NCBI GenBank assembly: GCA_000995965.1
Contig: LBYD01000002.1
Coordinates: 199,889 to 263,888, forward strand
Reading direction: 5' to 3'
Length of the DNA: 64,000 nucleotides
Source: Candidatus Moranbacteria bacterium GW2011_GWC2_40_12
GTDB taxonomy: Bacteria; Patescibacteriota; Minisyncoccia; Moranbacterales; UBA11712
This document shows positions 56,892-64,000 of this stretch, piece after piece. A model generated the notes under the pieces. The model did no database searches. It was not told the origin of the DNA and saw only the letters and a program-made list of their open reading frames with translations. The stretch's first letter is position 1; every line of letters begins with the position of its first letter. A program made the translations under genes and the position numbers.

Positions 56892-57887
56892 ATGAGAGTT
56901 AGATTATCAAAAAAGAGCTTAGAAATCTTGTTTAATACAGTAGAAGCCAAATATAAAAGGTGGGTGACTATTGCTAATAAGAATAAAGTTTCCGTGAGAA
57001 CATTGAGCGATTGGAGAAAAGGAGAAATATCGATGCCCCTTTTAGTTTTTCGGAAAATACTAGCGGATTGTGATTTAAAAGAAGAAAAAGTTTCCTTTAC
57101 AATTTTATCTGATTTTTGGCACACTAAGGATGCCGGCAGAAAAGGAGCCGCGGCGGCAATGAAATTATACGGAAATTTTGGAACTCCCGAGGGGAGGAAA
57201 TTAGGTGGACAGAGATCCATTGCCACTCACAAAAAGAGGCAAACAGCCTTTAAAACTTTGAAGCCCATCGCGAAGCCGAAACATTCGAAGAAATTAGCAG
57301 AATTGCTCGGAATTTTTGTTGGTGATGGACATTTATCTGATTACCAGGCTAGTGTTTGCACCAATTCAAAGACTGACAAAGAACATGCAATGTTGACCTC
57401 AAAATTGATTAAAAGTTTATTTCGAGTCCCTGTTTCTTTAAGGGAACTAAAAAATGAAAACACGATTATCGTTGTCGCATCTTCAGTGTCTGTCGTCAAA
57501 TTTCTCAATAAACAGGGCATGCCGCAAGGAAATAAATTAAAAAACAATCTGACTGTTCCAGGATGGATAATAAAAAAAAGAACTTATCAAAAAGCTTTTC
57601 TGCGAGGATTGTTTGATACGGATGGCTGTATATATTTAGATAAACATAAAATTAATAAGAAACGATACAATCACTTGGGATGGGCGGTTACAAGTTACGC
57701 AGAAAAACTGAGAAAAGATGTAATGGAAATTCTTGCAAATCTTGGATATTCTCCAACCAACAGAGATACTCAAAAATCAGTTTATTTAAGAAAGCAAAAA
57801 GAAATCGCAAAATATTTTCGAGAAATTGGCACGAATAATTCAAAACATTTGACCCGATACAGGAAATTTATAAAATTAACTCAATAA
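56892..57887 (+). CDS. Free-standing two-motif LAGLIDADG homing endonuclease with N-terminal HTH
   Basis: VSVRTLSDWRKG HTH; LAELLGIFVGDG and FLRGLFDTDG; AT-rich; ATG 56892. Confidence 0.9.
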   Translation: MRVRLSKKSLEILFNTVEAKYKRWVTIANKNKVSVRTLSDWRKGEISMPLLVFRKILADCDLKEEKVSFTILSDFWHTKDAGRKGAAAAMKLYGNFGTPEGRKLGGQRSIATHKKRQTAFKTLKPIAKPKHSKKLAELLGIFVGDGHLSDYQASVCTNSKTDKEHAMLTSKLIKSLFRVPVSLRELKNENTIIVVASSVSVVKFLNKQGMPQGNKLKNNLTVPGWIIKKRTYQKAFLRGLFDTDGCIYLDKHKINKKRYNHLGWAVTSYAEKLRKDVMEILANLGYSPTNRDTQKSVYLRKQKEIAKYFREIGTNNSKHLTRYRKFIKLTQ

Positions 57888-57966
57888 TAAATTCGACACG
57901 GAGTGTTCTGAAGGGCAAGGTACTGTGTCGTCCCGCACCAAAAATAAATATTCAAAAGATTTCAAT

Positions 57967-58054
57967 GGAGGTGTGCGAGAGTTGGCTGAATCGGGCAGTC
58001 TCGAAAACTGCTGTGCCGGAAACGGCACCGAAGGTTCGAATCCTTCCACCTCCG
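57967..58054 (+). tRNA. tRNA-Ser(CGA)
   Basis: Acceptor GGAGGTG/CACCTCC, G73; gcagt-ctCGAaa-actgc; long variable arm. Confidence 0.95.
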
Positions 58055-58157
58055 AAAAAAAATATAATCAAAATAGCATGAAAGGAAAAACAATTGAAAA
58101 TTGCTTTAAAATTCCCGAAGGAAAACCAAAATTATCCAAGGAAATATTTTTCGAGAG

Positions 58158-58637
58158 ATGGAGCAGAGAGTCGTTCCTATAAATAAAGAAGATATGGAAA
58201 AACGTATGGAGCGTTTAGCATTCTTCAGGTTTTCTTTTGGAAATACTGAAGGTGGAAAAGAAATTAAAGATGCTAGAATTTTTTTATGTGAAGAACACTT
58301 CATGCTTGGAGACGAAGATTATACTGATTGCATACCTTTTATCATAAGACATGAGATAGCTGAGATGTGGATTATTGCCAAAGCAGGATGGTCTACGTTG
58401 AATTCCAAACGGATGAGTCGGGATGAAAGAGATAAAATGGCGCATGAATTCGCTCTTCTGCAAGAATTTGAATACGCGTTTAAATTAGGTAAGGCTGCCA
58501 GATTGTTGGAGTTTATAAAAAAAATAAGCAGCAGTGAAAGTGATGAGCGCGGCCGGAATCCTTATTTGGAGAGCAAAGGAGTTTATGAAAAAATAAAAAG
58601 GAGACTACAGTCTGCCGAGACATCAAATATTGGGTAG
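58158..58637 (+). CDS. Hypothetical protein with HExxE-like motif
   Basis: RHEIAE...AHEFAL; AT-rich. Confidence 0.6.
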   Translation: MEQRVVPINKEDMEKRMERLAFFRFSFGNTEGGKEIKDARIFLCEEHFMLGDEDYTDCIPFIIRHEIAEMWIIAKAGWSTLNSKRMSRDERDKMAHEFALLQEFEYAFKLGKAARLLEFIKKISSSESDERGRNPYLESKGVYEKIKRRLQSAETSNIG

Positions 58638-58713
58638 ATCGGTCTTGTGCATTATAACAATGCAAAGCCAGATAAGTTACAGCTTTGTCCCAAACATACC
58701 AAATATAAAATAT

Positions 58714-59034
58714 ATGTCAAAAAAATATAAACTCGTCGTTTTTGTTCCGGTGGCGGATGCGGAAAAAGTGCGCGAAGCGATACACGCGGCCGGCGGAGGA
58801 AAATTGGGAAACTATTCTCATTGCTCTTTCAGCTCGCGGGGAATTGGAAGATTCCAGCCGGAAACGGGAGCTCATCCGACAATTGGCGAAATCGGTAAAG
58901 TCGAAAAAGTTGAAGAAGAAAGAATTGAAGTCTTGTGCGAGGAAAAAGTTATTCGCAATGTGGTCGCGGCAATGAAAAAAGCGCATCCATATGAAGAGGT
59001 GGCTTATGATGTTTATGAATTAGAAAATTTGTGA
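58714..59034 (+). CDS. NIF3/YqfO-like small protein (PII-like insertion domain)
   Basis: KLVVFVP, GNYSHCSF, AHPYEEVAYD. Confidence 0.88.
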   Translation: MSKKYKLVVFVPVADAEKVREAIHAAGGGKLGNYSHCSFSSRGIGRFQPETGAHPTIGEIGKVEKVEEERIEVLCEEKVIRNVVAAMKKAHPYEEVAYDVYELENL

Positions 59035-59106
59035 TACTTTACTAATTACGAATATATTTTCATTCGTATATTCGTAAGAGATTCGTAATTCGTAAAAGAT
59101 GATATC

Positions 59107-59457
59107 ATGAAAAAGAAAATTGATCTTGAGAAATATCAGAAATTCGTCAAAAAGATTGCAAAGAAGTTTGAAAAACGCAACGAAGAAATCATGACCTGGG
59201 GGCTGGGCATTTCGGGCGAAGCCGGGGATGTCGCGAGCTGTATCAAGAAAACTTTCGCGCACGGAAATGACCAAAAATCGGGAATCCGAGAAAATGTCGG
59301 CGACACTTTTTGGTATATGGCGGCTATTTGCAATTTCTTTGGCTGGGATATCGAAGAAATCATCGGCGAAAATATGGAAAAACTCAAAAAACGCTATCCC
59401 CAAGGCTTCACAACCCAAAAAGCAAAAAGAAAAATGGTCGATTGGGGAGAGAAATAA
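59107..59457 (+). CDS. MazG-like nucleotide pyrophosphohydrolase
   Basis: LGISGEAGDV, ENVGDTFWY, KLKKRYP. Confidence 0.85.
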   Translation: MKKKIDLEKYQKFVKKIAKKFEKRNEEIMTWGLGISGEAGDVASCIKKTFAHGNDQKSGIRENVGDTFWYMAAICNFFGWDIEEIIGENMEKLKKRYPQGFTTQKAKRKMVDWGEK

Positions 59458-59514
59458 GATAACGCACCAGTATACCAGTTTACTAGTGTAAGAAATATTT
59501 CGAAATGTTGACTT

Positions 59515-59889
59515 ATGAAAATATTTCCGCAGAACAACGCGAAATTTTTTGACAGTCCCGAAGGGCGGAAGGCTTGGATTTTTGGTTTTCCGGAATATGA
59601 ATTTCAATATGATGAACAGCAGCCGCACTCAATTTTGAAGTGGCACCGCCATGTGCAAATTTGGGAGACGATATATATAATTGAAGGAGAGCTCATCGCG
59701 CGGTGGAAAAAAGATGGAACGGAAAAAGAGCAGATCGTGAAAGCAGGAGATCTCATTGAACCGGGATTCGGCTCGCACACTTTCGAAAACCGCTCGGAAA
59801 GTGTTGCGAAATTCATTGCCGTGAAATTTGTGCTTTCAGGAGAAGACAAGAAAGAAATAATCAAAAAGGATAAAGTTTATGACGAATAA
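59515..59889 (+). CDS. Cupin domain protein
   Basis: WHRH...ETIYIIEG, GD...HTFEN. Confidence 0.82.
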   Translation: MKIFPQNNAKFFDSPEGRKAWIFGFPEYEFQYDEQQPHSILKWHRHVQIWETIYIIEGELIARWKKDGTEKEQIVKAGDLIEPGFGSHTFENRSESVAKFIAVKFVLSGEDKKEIIKKDKVYDE

Positions 59890-59908
59890 TATTATTAAGT
59901 AAAAACAT

Positions 59909-60349
59909 ATGGAAATCACAAGACATTTTACCACGACAACGACGATAGTTTGCAAGGACAAGGTACTGCTTCATTTTCACAAGAGTCTTAAAAAATGGCT
60001 GCCGGTCGGCGGGCATATAGATCGAGACGAGCTGCCGGAAGAGGCGGCTTTGCGGGAAGCGAAAGAAGAGGCGGGACTGGATATTGAATTGCACCAGTCG
60101 GGAGAAAACTACGAAGCGGCGGGAGCCAAAAATTTGATATTGCCTGCGCATATAATGCTTCAGGATATCAACGAACATCATCAACATATAGACTTTGTTT
60201 TCTATGCAACCGCGAAAACGTTCGACCTGAAACCAATGAAAGGCGAAACGGAAAATTTGAAATGGTTTACCGCTGAAGAAATAAATAAGCTGGATGCTCC
60301 TAAAAATGTTAAAGTTCGCGCTCTGGAAGCCCTCAAAATTTTGGCGTAG
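59909..60349 (+). CDS. NUDIX hydrolase
   Basis: Nudix box GGHIDRDELPEEAALREAKEEAG. Confidence 0.93.
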   Translation: MEITRHFTTTTTIVCKDKVLLHFHKSLKKWLPVGGHIDRDELPEEAALREAKEEAGLDIELHQSGENYEAAGAKNLILPAHIMLQDINEHHQHIDFVFYATAKTFDLKPMKGETENLKWFTAEEINKLDAPKNVKVRALEALKILA

Positions 60350-60444
60350 GGTAAAAATATAACTAAGATTAGCAGAAAAGTCTGGCTTAAATCAGGCTTT
60401 TTTCTTTACATTTAGCAAAAGAAATGCTAGTTTTATTTAGTAAT

Positions 60445-60960
60445 ATGCTGAATTCCATCATCCAGGACAATCTCGGTTTGAGTGTTGCAGGAGCGGTGAT
60501 TGTAGCGCTGGCGCTTTTGGTTTGGAATATTTTTCTTCATCTCAACGTGAGCCGCATCAAAAATAACCAGCAGCAGCTTTTTTCCGGAAAGAACGGGGTT
60601 GATCTCGAGAAGACAATTCTTGATCACGCAAAAAATCTCAAAGAGCTCGACAAAGACATCCAGGATCTCTTTGGGATTTCAAACAAGATAAACGATCTTG
60701 CCAAGAAATCAATTCACAAAATTGGCGTTGTCCGCTTCAATCCGTTCAAGGACTTGGGCGGGGACCAGAGTTTTTCCGTAGCGCTTCTTGACGGAGAGAA
60801 TTCCGGCGTGGTAATCTCTGCCCTTCACACGCGGGAGGGAAACCGGGTTTATTCCAAGCCGGTAGAAAAAGGAAAAGCGGTGAAGTATCCACTGACCAAT
60901 GAAGAGCAGGAGGCGATCAAAAGAGCGGACGCGGGGGATAATGCGGGAAAAAAGGCGTAA
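60445..60960 (+). CDS. DUF4446-like membrane-anchored protein
   Basis: N-terminal TM; VRFNPF, GGDQSFSVALLD, YSKP, LTNEE. Confidence 0.8.
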   Translation: MLNSIIQDNLGLSVAGAVIVALALLVWNIFLHLNVSRIKNNQQQLFSGKNGVDLEKTILDHAKNLKELDKDIQDLFGISNKINDLAKKSIHKIGVVRFNPFKDLGGDQSFSVALLDGENSGVVISALHTREGNRVYSKPVEKGKAVKYPLTNEEQEAIKRADAGDNAGKKA

Positions 60961-60997
60961 TATGACGCTTAAGATACTTAAGAATCTTAAGAAACTT

Positions 60998-62782
60998 ATG
61001 ACTGATACTGAAAAAGAGAAAGTAAAAGTTAAAATACCGTCGCTGGTAACTGTGAAAAAATTCGCCGAACTTTTGGGATTGGGAGTGACAGATGTCATCA
61101 AAGAGCTGATGAAAAATAAAATTCTGGCGACGATCAATGACGAAATCGATTATGACACGGCAGCGGTGATCGCGTCAGATCTCGGATTTGAAACAGAAGT
61201 TGATCTTGAGTCCACTGGGAGCGGGGTAATGACGCTTGAACAACTGGATGAAATTTTGAAAAAAGAAAAAGAATCAGGAAAGAACCTGCGGCACCGACCG
61301 CCGGTTGTGACAATTCTGGGCCATGTAGATCATGGCAAAACGACTCTTCTCGACACCATACGCAAAACTTCGGTTGTGGAAAAAGAAGCGGGAGGGATAA
61401 CCCAGCACATCAGCGCCTATCAGGTTAAAAAGAAGGGAGAAATTATCACCTTCGTCGATACACCCGGACACGAAGCATTTTCGGCGATGCGCGAGCGCGG
61501 AGTGAACTTTGCGGATATTGCCATCCTGGTTGTCGCGGCCGATGATGGAGTACGGCCGCAAACAGAGGAAGTGATAAAATACCTCAAAGAGAAAAAAATT
61601 CCGATGGTGGTGGCTATCAACAAGATTGATAAGCCCAATGCCAATATCCAAAGAGTGAAGCAAGAACTGGCGGATCGAGAGATTGTGATCGAGGAGTGGG
61701 GCGGCAACGTCGTCGCAGCGGAAATTTCAGCCAAACAAAATATCGGGATAGACGAACTTCTTGACATGGTTCTTTTGGTAGCTGAAGTCGAGGATTTGAG
61801 GGCAGACTGGAAAAGGCTGCCAATCGGAGTTGTGATAGAATCCCGTCTTGATCCTCAAAAAGGAAACATCGCAACGGTTTTGGTCCGGACAGGAACCTTG
61901 AAAGAAGGCCAGGATGTGATCGCGGGAACGGTTGTCGGTCGGGTAAGAAGACTCGAAGATTTCAAAGGCAGACAAATGAAAGAAGCCGGACCGTCGACGC
62001 CGGTGACAGTCATTGGCCTCAATCAATCACCGAACGTGAATGATGTTTTGCAGGGCATGGTGGATCTCAAGTCGGCCAAGGCCATGCAGAAAGATTTTGG
62101 AACAGACGGAAGCGGCGCAAAAAAATTTGATTCGCAGTCAATGCTGAAAAGCATTGAGGACCAAAATATAAATCGGCTGAATATTGTTCTCAAGACCGAC
62201 GTCCAAGGGTCACTCGAAGCCATTGACCAGATTTTGGCAGCGATCAAATCGGACGAGGTCGGAATAAACTACGTAAAACAGGGTGTGGGGGACATCACCG
62301 AATCGGACGTGAAGCTGGGGCAGAATTCGGGAGCGGTCGTATTTGGGTTCAACAGCCAGCCGACTACAGTCGCCAAGCGTCTCGCGGAAATGAACAATGT
62401 TGAAATAAAAACCTACAAGGTCATTTATGAATTGGTTGAGGATATCAAAAAAAGGTTGGAAGGAATGCTCGGCGAGGATATCGTCCGGACTGATCTCGGT
62501 AAACTGAAAGTTCTGGCCGTCTTCAAAACCGGAAAAGGCGATATGATCGTGGGTGGAAAAGTAATTTCCGGAAAAATGGTGAATGAAGAAAATCTGGAAG
62601 TTCTGCGGGATGACAAGCCTTTAGGGCGTGGAAAACTTTCCAATCTTCAGCAAAACAAGGTGAATGTTGATGAAGTGAATCAGGGGCTGGAGTGCGGAAT
62701 CACTTTTTTGGGAGATGTAAAAATAAAAGAAGGTGATATCCTTGCCTGTTTCCATGAAGAAATTGTCAAAAAGGCACTCTAA
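60998..62782 (+). CDS. infB: Translation initiation factor IF-2 (short form)
   Basis: GHVDHGKTT, DTPGH, NKID; start at 60998 or 60962. Confidence 0.97.
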   Translation: MTDTEKEKVKVKIPSLVTVKKFAELLGLGVTDVIKELMKNKILATINDEIDYDTAAVIASDLGFETEVDLESTGSGVMTLEQLDEILKKEKESGKNLRHRPPVVTILGHVDHGKTTLLDTIRKTSVVEKEAGGITQHISAYQVKKKGEIITFVDTPGHEAFSAMRERGVNFADIAILVVAADDGVRPQTEEVIKYLKEKKIPMVVAINKIDKPNANIQRVKQELADREIVIEEWGGNVVAAEISAKQNIGIDELLDMVLLVAEVEDLRADWKRLPIGVVIESRLDPQKGNIATVLVRTGTLKEGQDVIAGTVVGRVRRLEDFKGRQMKEAGPSTPVTVIGLNQSPNVNDVLQGMVDLKSAKAMQKDFGTDGSGAKKFDSQSMLKSIEDQNINRLNIVLKTDVQGSLEAIDQILAAIKSDEVGINYVKQGVGDITESDVKLGQNSGAVVFGFNSQPTTVAKRLAEMNNVEIKTYKVIYELVEDIKKRLEGMLGEDIVRTDLGKLKVLAVFKTGKGDMIVGGKVISGKMVNEENLEVLRDDKPLGRGKLSNLQQNKVNVDEVNQGLECGITFLGDVKIKEGDILACFHEEIVKKAL

Positions 62783-62798
62783 AAATATTCAAAAGCAT

Positions 62799-62881
62799 AA
62801 AATAGAAGGCTTCTCAGGCAGGCGAACCTGTTCAGATTGAAAATCTGAACAGGACGTGATACCTTCGAAGCCTTCTATTTT
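62799..62881. other. Nested inverted repeat between infB and rbfA
   Basis: Outer 15-bp aaaatagaaggcttc/gaagccttctatttt; inner 12-bp cctgttcagatt/aatctgaacagg. Confidence 0.75.
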
Positions 62882-62893
62882 TTATCATAAATT

Positions 62894-63226
62894 ATGTTTT
62901 CAAGAATCGACAGAATAAATGAACTAATCAAAGAAACTTTAGCGGGTATCATCCAGGAAGAAGCTGAGATTCCCCCTGGGATTTTTTTGACAGTCGTGAA
63001 AGTTGACACCTCGCGCGATCTGCGCTACGCTAGAGTGTTTGTCAGTGTTTTTCCGGAAAAAAAGTTTGGGCAGACCATTGAGCTTCTTGGCAAAAGAATA
63101 TACTTGATCCAAGGGGAGCTGAACAAAAAGCTTCACATGAAACCGCTTCCGAGAATTGAATTTGTGGCGGACAAAACGGAGGTCGAGGCTGACAAAATTG
63201 AGAAGCTGCTGAAAGAGCTTAAATAA
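62894..63226 (+). CDS. rbfA: Ribosome-binding factor A
   Basis: RINELIK, SRDLRYARVFVS, PRIEFVAD; follows infB. Confidence 0.92.
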   Translation: MFSRIDRINELIKETLAGIIQEEAEIPPGIFLTVVKVDTSRDLRYARVFVSVFPEKKFGQTIELLGKRIYLIQGELNKKLHMKPLPRIEFVADKTEVEADKIEKLLKELK

Positions 63227-63232
63227 AAAATT

Positions 63233-64000
63233 ATGGATTTTGGATTTGCAAAAGAATTCACGGAGATCAAAAAAGAATTGGAGAAATCCAAGGACGTTTT
63301 GATTGTGGCGCATTCGGCTCCCGACGGCGACACAATCGGATCTTCTTTCGCGCTCAAGGAATATCTGGTTTCCGGATTGGGAAAAAATGCAATTGTCATC
63401 TGTCCCGATTCTTTGCCGCAATATCTCAAAGATTTTTTGGGGAGCGAAAACGTTGAGATTTCGGAAAATATAAATCGCAAAAAATTTGACCTGGTTATCG
63501 GGTGCGACGCAGTCGAGCGGGGATTTGAAAAAATAGTGGCGAAAAAAGAAAATAACCAAAAAATCATACTCCTTGATCATCATACGACGCTTCGGATGAA
63601 AAAGATAAAGCCCGATATTGCCATAAGCGACGAAAGATATTCTTCCGTCTGTGAAATCCTTTTTGATTTTTTCGATTTTCACCGCATTGAAATGAGCAGG
63701 AAAATTGCGGAATATCTTCTTCTTGGCGTTTTGGGTGACACGGGAATTTTTCAACATGCCAATACGACACCCAAGGTGATGGAAATAGCGGCCAATCTCA
63801 TGCGTCGCGGAGCCTCGCTTTCAAAAATAATCCGCCTCGTTTTCAAAAACAAACGCTTGGAGACGCTCAAGCTTTGGGGTCGGGCGATGGAGCGGGCAGA
63901 AATCAATCCAAAGACGGGAGCCATCGTTTCTTATGTGACGAAACAGGATCTTGAAGATTTGCGGGGGGACGCCGAAGATATTTCAGGAGTGGCGGAAATA
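63233..64000 (+). CDS. nrnA: DHH family phosphoesterase (NrnA-like), truncated by the window end
   Basis: Manual translation MDFGFAKEF...AHSAPDGDTIGS...LDHH...GDTGIFQH; follows rbfA. Confidence 0.88.
   Translation, partial: MDFGFAKEFTEIKKELEKSKDVLIVAHSAPDGDTIGSSFALKEYLVSGLGKNAIVICPDSLPQYLKDFLGSENVEISENINRKKFDLVIGCDAVERGFEKIVAKKENNQKIILLDHHTTLRMKKIKPDIAISDERYSSVCEILFDFFDFHRIEMSRKIAEYLLLGVLGDTGIFQHANTTPKVMEIAANLMRRGASLSKIIRLVFKNKRLETLKLWGRAMERAEINPKTGAIVSYVTKQDLEDLRGDAEDISGVAEI

Noticed and set aside
56858-57966. LAGLIDADG ORF as part of a group I intron or intein
   Set aside because: No ribozyme core, no intein terminal residues or host exteins, and the downstream tRNA-Ser is complete by itself.
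50436-59489. 26-bp repeats as attL/attR of a 9-kb island
   Set aside because: The interval holds cca and three intact tRNAs and no integrase; kept only as a repeat motif.
62939-63757. 272-aa minus-strand ORF
   Set aside because: Antisense shadow of rbfA and the DHH phosphoesterase gene.
13171-64000. Additional DGR variable repeats (remote targets)
   Set aside because: No further match to the TR 3' end (ccttggtctggcgtccgctc) was found by eye; a BLASTN would be needed to exclude diverged copies.

Overview
Chromosomal segment of a bacterium, most likely Patescibacteria/CPR (Parcubacteria-like). This is inferred from the VirB2/TrbC-type pilin cluster, the rpsO-NYN-pnp order, short IF2 and the palindromic repeat style; translation table 11 fits. 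The backbone is housekeeping genes (comM, lspA, pnp, rpsO, pcrA, ftsH, tilS, rpsA, gyrA, rplS, clpP, tig, hppA, nusA, ddl, cca, infB, rbfA, nrnA) plus 12 complete tRNA genes. Highlights: (1) a complete diversity-generating retroelement at 10454-13170 (target with VR, TR, avd on the opposite strand, RT), with 18 of 20 TR/VR mismatches at TR adenines. (2) A recurring 'tRNA replacement' pattern at five loci (Leu-TAG, Phe, Arg-CCT, Pro-CGG, Ser-CGA), where broken tRNA halves sit next to an intact tRNA of the same type. It includes a tRNA-Pro nested in the anticodon loop of another tRNA-Pro between CCCCGCACCA inverted repeats, and a LAGLIDADG endonuclease between a broken tRNA-Ser 5' end and an intact tRNA-Ser. 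This is the best candidate for an undescribed system. (3) A 296-nt group I intron after U33 of tRNA-Phe. (4) Short palindromes and inverted heptamer arrays inserted at gene junctions and in-frame in essential genes. (5) Pilins carrying beta-defensin-like Cys modules and a putative NlpC/P60-like domain. (6) parS-like sites near 46.7-48 kb. No rRNA, CRISPR array or prophage was seen. All calls come from reading the sequence; no database search was run.
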